From the NCBI GenBank assembly GCA_046262595.1, contig JBHEMM010000007.1, positions 32,163 through 63,124 on the forward strand: a stretch of DNA of 30,962 bases, given 5' to 3'. A program made the position numbers and the translations under genes. The notes below the pieces were generated by a model. It saw only the letters and a program-made list of their open reading frames with translations. It was not told the origin of the DNA and searched no databases. Below are positions 17,157 to 26,183 of this stretch, piece after piece; within the stretch, counting starts at the first letter, position 1; each line of letters opens with the position of its first letter. This DNA is from Vulcanimicrobiaceae bacterium (GTDB lineage Bacteria; Vulcanimicrobiota; Vulcanimicrobiia; Vulcanimicrobiales; Vulcanimicrobiaceae).

Positions 17157-18649
17157 TGGCGAATCGTTTCTTGCGCACGCTCGCGCTCGCCGTTATCGCG
17201 GCGGCCATCGGTCCCGCTGCTCATGCCGGCACAGCTCCCGCTCTTGGTCTTCACCTCAAACCGTGCGCGGAAGGCCTTCATCGGGCTAAATCGGCGGCGC
17301 TGTGCGGCACCTTTGGTGTTTATGAAGACCGCGCCGCGCGCAGCGGGCGAATCATTGAGCTCAACGTCGTCGTCGTAAAAGCGCTCCATCCCACGCATCA
17401 CGCGATCGCGTGGATCGAGGGCGGCCCCGGCGCAAGTGCGGTCATGGACGCGCCGTTCGTTGCCGACGGCCTGTTTGAGAAAGAAATACGTGCGCTTCAC
17501 GGCGCCTATGACATGCTCTTCGTGGATAGCCGGGGGATGGGCCGGTCGAACGCGACGCATTGCGACGTCGCGCCGTCAAGCGACCCGGCAAGCTATTTCG
17601 CGCAACTGTGGCCGGACAAATTACTTGCGGCTTGCCATACGGCGTATCTCACGCACGCCAATCCGAATTTCTACAACACCAACAATGCCGTCGACGATCT
17701 CGACGACGTCCGGGCAGCGCTCGGCTACCCCAAACTTGCGCTCGACGGCGGCTCCTACGGGACATTCGAGGCACTGGTCTCTCTGCGGCGTCATCCGGAT
17801 ACCGTGGAGAGTGCCCTTCTGGACGGCGTGGATCCGCCGCACTTCGATGCATTGCCGGGCGCGCCCGACGGTGCCCAGAACGCCATCGGAGATCTGATGG
17901 TAAAGTGCCGAAAGGATGCCTCGTGCAATGCGCATTTTCCGCACTTCGCGCAGTACTTTCAAGCGCTGATCGCACGCTTTGACCGCGGCCCGCTTGCCGT
18001 GCGGCTAAAAAACAAGCATTTGAAGCAGCCGCGGACGATCGATCTCTCGAAAGAAGTCTTCGTCGATCACCTCCGGCAGGCAATGTACGATCCCCAAAGT
18101 GCGGCGTACATTCCTTATATCGTGGAGCAGGTCCACGAGGGAAATACGGCTCCGCTCGCCACGATGATCGATACGGTCGCGCGGGGCTTCGCCGGCGAAC
18201 TGGACATGGCAACCAATCTTTCGTATATGTGCGCAGACGCCATGCCGTTTCTCGATCCGGCAAAGGTCAAAGCCGCGGCGGCGCTTTCATTCGCGGGCGA
18301 CTTGCGTATCCGCGCGGAGCTGCACGCCTGCACGATCTGGAGCGTTAACGCGATGCCCCGGTCGTTTGACGATCCCGTCCGCAGCAGCGCCCCGGCGCTC
18401 TTGATGAACGGAACGGACGACCCCGCTACGCCCATCGCGTCGGCGCGGGCGGAGCTGCCGTACCTCAGCAACGCGAAGCTGCTCGTGGTGCGCGGGGCAG
18501 GGCACGGCGTCGAGAGCCCGTGCACCGACCGCGTCGCCGTTGCGTTCCTGCGCGCGCGCTCCGTGCAACGGCTTGACGTGAACCGATGCACCGCGACGTT
18601 TACCGTACCGAAGTTCGCGACGTCGATGAAAGGCTGGCCGGAATTTTAG
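17156..18649 (+). CDS. Secreted alpha/beta hydrolase, TAP-like peptidase
   Basis: TAATG coupling; GGPG, DSRGMGRS, GGSYGT, DPATP, GHG. Confidence 0.88.
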   Translation: MANRFLRTLALAVIAAAIGPAAHAGTAPALGLHLKPCAEGLHRAKSAALCGTFGVYEDRAARSGRIIELNVVVVKALHPTHHAIAWIEGGPGASAVMDAPFVADGLFEKEIRALHGAYDMLFVDSRGMGRSNATHCDVAPSSDPASYFAQLWPDKLLAACHTAYLTHANPNFYNTNNAVDDLDDVRAALGYPKLALDGGSYGTFEALVSLRRHPDTVESALLDGVDPPHFDALPGAPDGAQNAIGDLMVKCRKDASCNAHFPHFAQYFQALIARFDRGPLAVRLKNKHLKQPRTIDLSKEVFVDHLRQAMYDPQSAAYIPYIVEQVHEGNTAPLATMIDTVARGFAGELDMATNLSYMCADAMPFLDPAKVKAAAALSFAGDLRIRAELHACTIWSVNAMPRSFDDPVRSSAPALLMNGTDDPATPIASARAELPYLSNAKLLVVRGAGHGVESPCTDRVAVAFLRARSVQRLDVNRCTATFTVPKFATSMKGWPEF

Positions 18650-19056
18650 GCGGTGCAGCATCCGCTTGAAGCGGCCGCGGCGTCGCGGGCACCGGTTTCT
18701 TCCAAAACCGTATAGACTTCCCAGCGCCGGCCGTCGGGATCGGTGACCCACACCTTGTCTTGGCGGGCATAGCAGCACGTCTCTTCACGTTCGATGTCGA
18801 GTTCGAGCCCGGCGCTGCGCAGCTGCTCTATTGCGTCCTCCACGGCTTTGGGCGTATCAACGACGATGCCGTAGTGCGCGCAGCTGTCCACTGTGACGGC
18901 TTCATCTGCGTCGAGCGCAAGCTCCAGGCGCGGCTCTTCGGTGACGAACAGCGCATAATCCTTGAACTGCTTGGTAGGCTTCTGCGCGAGCAGTGCCCCG
19001 TAGAACGCGACGCTTTCCTCAAGATGAGCGGTACGAAAATTCATGTGTGCTTTCAT
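18646..19056 (-). CDS. arsI: ArsI/CadI family VOC metalloenzyme
   Basis: N-terminal His, FY..LL...P.K...DYA.F, HYG, ETCCYARQDKVWVTDPDG..WEVY, C-terminal GCC. Confidence 0.88.
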   Translation of the reverse strand: MKAHMNFRTAHLEESVAFYGALLAQKPTKQFKDYALFVTEEPRLELALDADEAVTVDSCAHYGIVVDTPKAVEDAIEQLRSAGLELDIEREETCCYARQDKVWVTDPDGRRWEVYTVLEETGARDAAAASSGCCTA

Positions 19057-19099
19057 CGGTGAATCCCTTGCGTATTGAGAGGCTGTATTCGCAAACGTC

Positions 19100-19128
19100 A
19101 ATATAGCGGATATATCGATATTTGTCAA
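19100..19128 (-). promoter_or_regulatory. sigma70 promoter TTGACA-N17-TATATT with palindromic operator
   Basis: Consensus -35 (19128-19123), 17-bp spacer, -10 TATATT (19105-19100); ATATCGATAT palindrome at 19112-19121. Confidence 0.8.
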
Positions 19129-19134
19129 TACAGC

Positions 19135-20538
19135 CTATCGCGGCATTCGCCGCGGCAAAAGGCCGCGCAGCACTTTGCCCTCGGTGTTCAGATAGTGATT
19201 GGATGCGTCGAAGCGGCCCGTGGAAGCGGCAAACATCAAATACAGATATTTGAAATTTTCGCTGAACGAGTATGCGGGAAAATAGTCGCCTTGCGTCATG
19301 GGGCGCGTTCGGATGTCGGTGAGCACGGTGTAGCCGTTGGGCGTCCGGCAATGTTCGCGCAGGGCGATGAAGTAGCCGTATGCGGTACGGCGGTACTTCA
19401 CATCGTTCGTGAGAAACCAGAGATCGAATGAAGAGTTCGGATACTCCGGCCGCATCCAATAGCGCGGATCCATGATGGAGAGGTCGGGATAGAACAACAC
19501 TTCGGGGAGCAGTTCATATTTGTCCAGCGCCCTCGTCCAGGAATTGTAAAACGCTTCGCCCGCGGCGCGATCGCCGCCCTTGGCCAGGAGGCCCGCATAG
19601 AAGGCGGCAAGATCGCTCGTGGATGCATCGCCGGAAGGCAGTCCGGTGGTGTAATCGAGCGCTTTAAACCAAAGGCTGCCGTTGACGTGTGTGACCTTAT
19701 ATCTGAGGATCGCATCGGTGAGCAGACGGTACCAGTCGCGGCATTGCGCGATGCCGAGCATCTGCCAGCCGCCCCACAAATATTCGTAAAACGAGTCCAC
19801 GGGTTCGTCGGGCGCGACGTCGGCGGGATCGATGAATTCGCCCTTTTCAATGTCGAAGTTCGTCCCAAGCAGGTTGAGCACCGAGCGCTTTGCCAGGACC
19901 GCTTCGTACGCTTTCATTGAAGCGTTAAGATATTTTGGCTCGCCCGTCAGCCGTGAGAGATCCCCGAACTCCAAGACGTTCGATCCGATCTCGGCGAGCA
20001 CGTTTTTCGGATCGCGTACGGCGCCGGTCTTTAAGTTGGCGAAGCGATAGGGCGCGCCGGTCGGCGATTTCGTAAAACAGGGCAGTAAACGATCGGCCAG
20101 ATCGCGCGCGCCATCCAGTAAGAACTTCTCGTTCGTCGCGTAGTAGCCGCTGATCAGGCCGGCGACCATGCGAATCACCGCTTCGAACATTTGCACCTCG
20201 CCGTCCACGTCGAAGGCCATGTTTTTGCGCAGCCACTCCACGCACAGTTCGAGCTCCGCATCCAGGCCCATGACGTAAAGCGTGTCCATCGCTTCGATGA
20301 TCGAGAGCCCGAAGGAATGCGTGGGAATGAAAAAGTTTTTGGGCTGTCGGCTGACCGGCCGGTACTCATCGAAGCCCCACGCGAACTGTTTATAGCCGTT
20401 CCATGCGTGAAGAAGCTCCGCTTTCACCTGCGCTGCGATTGCATGCGGTTCGGGCATCGCCGCGTTGCGGGAGGCGGCGGTCAGCGCCGGTGCCGCGGCG
20501 AGCGCGCCGGTTGTCGACAGAAACGTTTTGCGTTTCAC
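19135..20538 (-). CDS. Glycoside hydrolase family 47 (alpha-1,2-mannosidase-like), Tat-type signal
   Basis: MKRKTFL signal; HAWNGYKQFAWGFDE, DTLYVMGL, FEAVIR, LAEIGS..LEF..LSRLTG, DSFYEYL, RPE, ENFKYLYL, NTEG. Confidence 0.9.
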   Translation of the reverse strand: MKRKTFLSTTGALAAAPALTAASRNAAMPEPHAIAAQVKAELLHAWNGYKQFAWGFDEYRPVSRQPKNFFIPTHSFGLSIIEAMDTLYVMGLDAELELCVEWLRKNMAFDVDGEVQMFEAVIRMVAGLISGYYATNEKFLLDGARDLADRLLPCFTKSPTGAPYRFANLKTGAVRDPKNVLAEIGSNVLEFGDLSRLTGEPKYLNASMKAYEAVLAKRSVLNLLGTNFDIEKGEFIDPADVAPDEPVDSFYEYLWGGWQMLGIAQCRDWYRLLTDAILRYKVTHVNGSLWFKALDYTTGLPSGDASTSDLAAFYAGLLAKGGDRAAGEAFYNSWTRALDKYELLPEVLFYPDLSIMDPRYWMRPEYPNSSFDLWFLTNDVKYRRTAYGYFIALREHCRTPNGYTVLTDIRTRPMTQGDYFPAYSFSENFKYLYLMFAASTGRFDASNHYLNTEGKVLRGLLPRRMPR

Positions 20539-20541
20539 GGG

Positions 20542-21816
20542 TTAGGAGACAAGCGTCGCGCGGACCGGCGTGAAAACGTTTTCCATGGCGTTCAGGGTTT
20601 CGTCGATGTCGGAAGCGGTGTGCGCGGAGGAGAGGAACATCACTTCATTCTGAGATGGCGGCAAAAGAATGTTGCGCGCTCGCATTGCATGGTAATAGCG
20701 GGCGTAGGCCGCCTTATCCGCGGCGCGCGCGTCGTCGTAGTTGCGGCTCGGCGGCCCCGCGCGAAACTTGAAGTCCACGATCGATTCGTGCTGCACGACG
20801 GCGTAAGGGATGTCGAAGCCTGAAAAGATCGCGCGGATGCCGTCTGCCAGACGCAGCGCCAACGCGTTCATGCTCGTGTAGTATTCGGGATGGCGTTCGA
20901 GCAGGTCCAAAACGCGGTGCGACATCGCAACGCAGAAGGGGTTGCCGGCGTGCGTTCCGCCGGTGAACGTGGAACCCGCGGGCGCGAGAACCGACATGAT
21001 ATCCGCGCGGCCGCCGAACGCGGCGATCGGAAAGCCGCCGCCCATGATTTTTCCGATCGTCGTCATGTCGGGTTTGACCCTCGTGCGCGACTGCGCGCCG
21101 CGCAAACCTAGGCGCAGCCAGGTAATGATTTCATCGAAGATCAGCACGGCGCCATACCGCGTTGCGCGTTCGCGCAAGCCTTCCAAAAAGCCGTTAGCCG
21201 GCGTGACGTAGCCCATGTTGCCGACGACCGGCTCGACGATAATGCCGGCAAGCTCGTGCTCGCGTCCGGCGAGCCGAGCGTCGAGGTCAGGCAAGTCGTT
21301 GTAACGCGAAACGATCAGGTCGCGCATGACGCTGGGCGGAATGCCGCTGCGGGTCGGATCGCTCGTGTGCGCCGATGCCCCCGCATCAAGAAGGGCAAGA
21401 TCGAAGTGCCCGTGATAATTGCCGGCAAATTTCGCGATCACGTTCCGGCCCGTAAAGGCGCGCGCTGTGCGGACGGCGCTCATGACGGCTTCCGTTCCGG
21501 TGGTCGTGAACCGCACCCGTTCCATCGAAGGCAGGTGCGTGCGAATGCGCTGCGCGAGGCGCACTTCTTCTTCGTGCGTGTTCCCATGCACGATGCCCGC
21601 GCGCGCGAGCTCGTCCAGACCGGTTGTCAGCGCGGCATCGTTGTGGCCGAAAAGCAGCGGCCCGTATGCCATAATGTAATCGATATAACGGTTACCGTGC
21701 GCATCGTAGGCGTGCGCGCCGTCGCCGCGCGACTGTACGAACGGTTCGCCGCCCACGGCCCAGCCGGAACGCACGGGTGAATCGCATCCGCCCGCCAAGA
21801 TATCGTCAAATAACAC
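20542..21816 (-). CDS. hemL: Glutamate-1-semialdehyde 2,1-aminomutase (class III aminotransferase)
   Basis: SPVR, GNRYIDY...YGPLLFGH, GTEAVMSAVR, YHGH, EPVVGNMG, LIFDE, GKIMGGGFP, PPSQNE. Confidence 0.78.
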   Translation of the reverse strand: MLFDDILAGGCDSPVRSGWAVGGEPFVQSRGDGAHAYDAHGNRYIDYIMAYGPLLFGHNDAALTTGLDELARAGIVHGNTHEEEVRLAQRIRTHLPSMERVRFTTTGTEAVMSAVRTARAFTGRNVIAKFAGNYHGHFDLALLDAGASAHTSDPTRSGIPPSVMRDLIVSRYNDLPDLDARLAGREHELAGIIVEPVVGNMGYVTPANGFLEGLRERATRYGAVLIFDEIITWLRLGLRGAQSRTRVKPDMTTIGKIMGGGFPIAAFGGRADIMSVLAPAGSTFTGGTHAGNPFCVAMSHRVLDLLERHPEYYTSMNALALRLADGIRAIFSGFDIPYAVVQHESIVDFKFRAGPPSRNYDDARAADKAAYARYYHAMRARNILLPPSQNEVMFLSSAHTASDIDETLNAMENVFTPVRATLVS

Positions 21817-22642
21817 GGTGCAAAACTTTCACGGCTTCTTGCGGCGAAGGCGGCAAGGGTTGCGCGCCTTGCGCGATGGCGGCGGCATTTCCCGCGAAGG
21901 CAAAATCTCCGCCCGTCACCGCGAAGCGCCGGCGTTGCAGCTCGCGCGCGAAACGCATCGTGTGCATCGCGCCGCCGTCGAGTTCGCTTGCGACCAGGAC
22001 GATCGCGCGGGCGTGTGCGGCCTGCAGCCGATCGCGCTGAATGAACGCCCAGGGTACGGCCGGCTCGCCCGGAAGCCGTTCGCTGACGATGGCGCCGCCC
22101 GCGGCGACGATCGCTTGTTCCAACTCGAGATGTTCGGGCGGGTACGTCACGCCCAGCCCGGTGGCGACGTACGCGACGGTCGGCACGTTCGCTTCCAGCG
22201 CGCCGCGATGCGCCGCAGCGTCAACGCCGCGCGCCAAACCGCTGATGACCGCGTGCGCGCACTGCGAAGAAAAACCGCGGGCAAATGCTTGCGCGATATC
22301 GCTTGCGTTGCGCGTACCGACGACTGCAATGCCGGTCACGGGAAGGACGCCGCGTACCGTTAAAAAGGCGGGCGGGTCATGCAGGTCAAGCAGGCCCGCG
22401 GGGTAGGCGGCGTCGGCCGACGTAACCAGTGATGCGTGTGAATGCGTGAGGCGGTACAGCGCCTCACGCGCGCGGTGCCGGGCGTGCGCGACCTTGCGGG
22501 AGGGGTCTTCGGCCGCCCACTCGGCCAGGGCCGCTTCCTTGCCTTGCAGCAGCGCCCGAAGGCGGCGAGCCGGCACATGCAGGTATGCGGCGGTCAGCAG
22601 CGTGAGCGCCTGCCCAGAATCCGGAACCGACTTTGCGCGCAT
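21806..22642 (-). CDS. dprA: DprA/Smf family DNA-processing protein (short form)
   Basis: YPAGLLDLHDPP, IAVVGTR, ISGLARGVDAAAHRGAL, YPPEH, F..R.R, GGAMHT. Confidence 0.85.
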   Translation of the reverse strand: MRAKSVPDSGQALTLLTAAYLHVPARRLRALLQGKEAALAEWAAEDPSRKVAHARHRAREALYRLTHSHASLVTSADAAYPAGLLDLHDPPAFLTVRGVLPVTGIAVVGTRNASDIAQAFARGFSSQCAHAVISGLARGVDAAAHRGALEANVPTVAYVATGLGVTYPPEHLELEQAIVAAGGAIVSERLPGEPAVPWAFIQRDRLQAAHARAIVLVASELDGGAMHTMRFARELQRRRFAVTGGDFAFAGNAAAIAQGAQPLPPSPQEAVKVLHRVI

Positions 22643-22677
22643 AGTAAGGAGGCGTTCCCGCCGCGAACGTTGCGCTC

Positions 22678-23772
22678 ATGCCCCACATGGAAACCCAGAT
22701 CACGCCGCAAACCAATATCCGCGAGTTGGTCGCGCAACTGCCCATTGCCGCCGAGGTGCTCGAGCGCTTCGGGCTGCAATGCGCCGGTTGCGGAGTAAGC
22801 AAAAACGAAACGATCGAGCAAGGTGCGGCCGCACACGGTTTGCGGGTACAGCCTGTGATTGCGGCGCTTTCGCAAGCGCGGCTTTCCGGGTTCGTGCCGA
22901 ACATCAGCACCGAAGATCGCACGCCGCAGCGGCGCGCTCCGGGCGCGTTTGCGCACCGCGCGCAGATCAAGCATGTCGTGCCGATCATGTCCGGCAAAGG
23001 CGGCGTCGGCAAATCGCTGGTGACCGCGCTCACGGCGATCGGCCTGCGGCGGCGGAACTTGCGCGTCGGCATTTTGGACGGCGACATCACCGGACCGTCC
23101 ATTCCCAAACTTTTCGGTCTGAGCGGCCCGCTGGTGATCGAAGCGGATCCGAATGCGCCCAAGACGCCGCAAGGAAATGCGCAGCCGCTCATGGTGCCCG
23201 CACGCACGCGCAGCGCCATTGAAATCGTCAGTTCGAACTTGCTTACCGACAAGGAAGACACCGCGATGGTGTGGCGCGGCCCGATCGTGTCCGGAATTAT
23301 CCGGCAGTTTTACGAGCAAGTGCTTTGGAGCGATCTCGACTATCTGCTTATCGATCTGCCGCCGGGGACGTCCGATGCACCGCTCACCGTGCTGCAGTCG
23401 CTCAAGATTGACGGCGTCGTGTTGGTTACGATGCCGCAAGCGCTTGCGACGATGATCGTGCGCAAGGCGGCGAACTTGGTGCATCAGCTGAAGAAGCCGA
23501 TTTTGGGCGTTGTGGAAAACATGTCGTACTTTGTTGCGCCGGATACGGGGACGAAATACGAAGTGTTCGGGCCGTCGTACGCGCAGCGCGTCGCGGAGCT
23601 GGCGGGAGCGCCGATCTTTGCCCGCCTGCCAATCGATCCGCTCAAGGCGCGTTTGGCCGATGAAGGACGCGTGGACGAGATCGACGATCCCGTATGCGAC
23701 CAATTGGCGGAAGCGCTGATCGGCAGCATTGCGGCGCGGCCGGTGACGCAGGAAGTGATTTCGATTATTTGA
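22678..23772 (+). CDS. mrp: Mrp/ApbC/NBP35 P-loop NTPase with N-terminal DUF1858-like domain
   Basis: SGKGGVGKS, DGDITGPSIP, VWRGP, DLPPGTSD, ENMS; N-terminal IT..T.I.ELV...P...EVL.RFGL.C.GC....ETIEQGA..HG. Alternative start at 22687. Confidence 0.9.
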   Translation: MPHMETQITPQTNIRELVAQLPIAAEVLERFGLQCAGCGVSKNETIEQGAAAHGLRVQPVIAALSQARLSGFVPNISTEDRTPQRRAPGAFAHRAQIKHVVPIMSGKGGVGKSLVTALTAIGLRRRNLRVGILDGDITGPSIPKLFGLSGPLVIEADPNAPKTPQGNAQPLMVPARTRSAIEIVSSNLLTDKEDTAMVWRGPIVSGIIRQFYEQVLWSDLDYLLIDLPPGTSDAPLTVLQSLKIDGVVLVTMPQALATMIVRKAANLVHQLKKPILGVVENMSYFVAPDTGTKYEVFGPSYAQRVAELAGAPIFARLPIDPLKARLADEGRVDEIDDPVCDQLAEALIGSIAARPVTQEVISII

Positions 23773-23786
23773 GGGAGGCGGCTATC

Positions 23787-24296
23787 GTGAGCGGCGTTGC
23801 GAATCGAAGAATGGTAAGTGCGCTGCTGTTGCTATTGCTGCCGGCTTGTGGCGCGGGCGCAGGAACGAATGAAACGCCGCCTGCATCCGCGACCGCAACG
23901 CCCTGCCCGCCGCCGTCGCCCGGGCCAACGCCGTTTCCGCCCGTTCTGTTATATCCCATGCCCGGTGCGACCGCGGTTCCCGACGCGTTGAGCGGCGTCT
24001 TCTTCGCCGGCTCTTACGACGGAACATACGGTCCCGGATATTACACCTTGACGAGCGCTGCGAACGCCAGCGTTCCGGTGGGTACGCCCGCGAACGCACC
24101 GACGCCCGTTCCCACACCATCGGCGACGCAGCCGCCGAACTATCCGCCGCTGCCGGTCGAAGAACTTCCGCTGCTCGCCGCTTTGGCTCCTGCGACGACG
24201 TACACGTTCGCGTACGTGCAGACGAATCTCACGACGAGTCCGCCGGCGTGTTACGTGCAGGCCGCGACGGCCGTCGGAAGCTTTACAACGCAGTAG
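23787..24296 (+). CDS. Pro/Thr-rich lipoprotein
   Basis: GGGAGG RBS then GTG at 23787; lipobox LPAC; Pro-rich linker; ends GSFTTQ. Confidence 0.7.
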   Translation: MSGVANRRMVSALLLLLLPACGAGAGTNETPPASATATPCPPPSPGPTPFPPVLLYPMPGATAVPDALSGVFFAGSYDGTYGPGYYTLTSAANASVPVGTPANAPTPVPTPSATQPPNYPPLPVEELPLLAALAPATTYTFAYVQTNLTTSPPACYVQAATAVGSFTTQ

Positions 24297-24355
24297 CGGG
24301 GGACGGCGCCGTTTCGCAACAAGGTACGCCGTTGCTTCGCCGAAACACCACGGTT

Positions 24356-24643
24356 GTGAGTAGTTATAAAGATGAATTGGCGGCTGCGCAAGCGCAAGGA
24401 TTGGCAGCGCACGACGCGATGCAGGCGTGGCTGAACCGGCCGTTTGATGCGCCGGATGTCCCGGCGGAAGTCTTGGAAAAACAAGCGGCGTCGCTGCGTG
24501 AGAGCCGCGAGCGCCTTCGCACGCTCTTAAGCGAGAACGGCGAGCGCGACGATATCAATGCCGCGCTAGCGCAGAGCGAGGCGCATCACAAGGCGCTCGG
24601 GTTGAGTATTCGCGATAAGATAGACGTTGAGCCGCAGGAGTGA
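24356..24643 (+). CDS. Hypothetical helical protein
   Basis: About 95-aa ORF with natural composition filling the gap; start codon uncertain. Confidence 0.6.
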   Translation: MSSYKDELAAAQAQGLAAHDAMQAWLNRPFDAPDVPAEVLEKQAASLRESRERLRTLLSENGERDDINAALAQSEAHHKALGLSIRDKIDVEPQE

Positions 24644-24648
24644 ACGCG

Positions 24649-24669
24649 CTTCGATAGGCTCAGCACGAC
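24649..24669 (+). repeat. REP-like element, copy 1
   Basis: CTTCGATAGGCTCAGCACGAC; matches the copies at 28106 and 29159. Confidence 0.75.
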
Positions 24670-26168
24670 AGCGGGAATACCAGCGTTCCGTCGCGGTACG
24701 TTGCTAGAACGCTGCAATCCGCCGGCGCAGCGCCGTTGAACGGATCGCGATCGAGGATCACCAGGTCGGCGGCGTAGCCGGGTGCGATGCGTCCCGTTTT
24801 CGTTTCCGCGTGAGATAAGCGCGCAACATTGTACGTGTACATGGTGACCGCTTGCGCAAGCGAAAGGCGTTCGGCCGTTTCGTGATGGTTGACGGCGGCG
24901 CCGATGCCTTCGAGCGGGGAAAAGCTGCACACGGGGCTGTCGTCGCCGCCGCACAGTGTTGCTCCGGATGCCGCGATGCGGCCCAGCGCGTTCATCGTGC
25001 GCATGCGCTGCGTGCCCAGGCGCGCGTCGTACATGTTGCCCGTTCCGCCCCACAGCGCATCGAATTGCGGCTGCATCGAAAGATAGATCTCCATGCGCGC
25101 ACACGCTTCGATGTGTTCCGTTTTTGCGATCTCGAAATGCTCGATGAAGTGCCGGTTACCGCGTGTACTGGGTTTGCCGCCTAAAACGCTTTCCCACGCC
25201 GCGATGCATTGTTCGATCGCCCGATCGCCAATCGCGTGAACGCCGGCGGAGATACCGAGCGCTTCTGCGTTGGCGAAATAGGCGTGGACCTGATCGTCGC
25301 TGTAACGCAGCTCGCCACGCGAGCCGTTTCCGCAGAACGGTTCGCTCACTGCGGCGGTGCAGCTGCCGATCGATCCGTCAAGGAAGACGTCGCCGCCGAT
25401 GTACGGCAGGCCCAGTTCCTGCGCGAGCTGCGGGTCCGGCTCGCAGATCTTGGGGTACACTTTGACGCCGGGAAGTGCGTGGAGCGCTTCGATTTCCGCG
25501 GCGTATTCCGCGCGCTCAAAGCCGACCAGCTGCACGTGCAGGTGCAGGTAGCCGCGCCGCACCGCGAGTTCGGCAGCGCGTCGCTCGGCAACGCGCTTTG
25601 CGCTCAGCGGCATCCGTTTCATAAACGTCGATTGCGCCCTCCAATTCGCATCCAGGAAAAGTTTGCCGGTGGGTTCGCCATCTTCGCCTCGTTCGATCCC
25701 TTGCAGGCCGGGCGGCAGATTGAGCCAGGCAAACGTGCGGCGGTTGACGATGCACGAATGACCATCGACGCGAACGAGCATGGCATACGCATCGGGCAAA
25801 TGGCGTTCCAGAATGGATGCATCGGCGGTGCGCGCGTCGTTCCAAAAGCTTTCGTCGTATTGGCCCGCCAGAACGTACGGGGCTTTGGAAATGCGAGCGA
25901 CGGCGGCGTCGAGATCGGCGTACGAACGCGTTGCGCCAAGATACCATTGCTCCAGAAACAAGCCCGTGTCCGTCAAATGCACGTGTGCGTCGCCGAAGGC
26001 CGGCAGAACCGTTGCGCCCGCAAGATCGATCGTCTCGATGCCCGCGCCCGCAGCGTCCGGATCGGTCGAGGCGATCTGCGCTCCGTCGAGTAGCAAGCCG
26101 TTTGCGCGGGAATAGGAACCGGAGGCCGGGTCGAGGCAATACACTCGAGCGTTTTTCAAAGCAATCAC
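24660..26168 (-). CDS. Amidohydrolase 3 family (YtcJ-like)
   Basis: IDLAGATVLPAFGDAHVH, RVDGH, FLDGSIGS, HAIGDRA, IEH, SMQP, GRIAPGYAADLV; likely start GTG at 26168 (VIALKNARVY). Confidence 0.9.
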   Translation of the reverse strand: MIALKNARVYCLDPASGSYSRANGLLLDGAQIASTDPDAAGAGIETIDLAGATVLPAFGDAHVHLTDTGLFLEQWYLGATRSYADLDAAVARISKAPYVLAGQYDESFWNDARTADASILERHLPDAYAMLVRVDGHSCIVNRRTFAWLNLPPGLQGIERGEDGEPTGKLFLDANWRAQSTFMKRMPLSAKRVAERRAAELAVRRGYLHLHVQLVGFERAEYAAEIEALHALPGVKVYPKICEPDPQLAQELGLPYIGGDVFLDGSIGSCTAAVSEPFCGNGSRGELRYSDDQVHAYFANAEALGISAGVHAIGDRAIEQCIAAWESVLGGKPSTRGNRHFIEHFEIAKTEHIEACARMEIYLSMQPQFDALWGGTGNMYDARLGTQRMRTMNALGRIAASGATLCGGDDSPVCSFSPLEGIGAAVNHHETAERLSLAQAVTMYTYNVARLSHAETKTGRIAPGYAADLVILDRDPFNGAAPADCSVLATYRDGTLVFPLSC

Positions 26169-26183
26169 GGTGAGCGGAGTACC

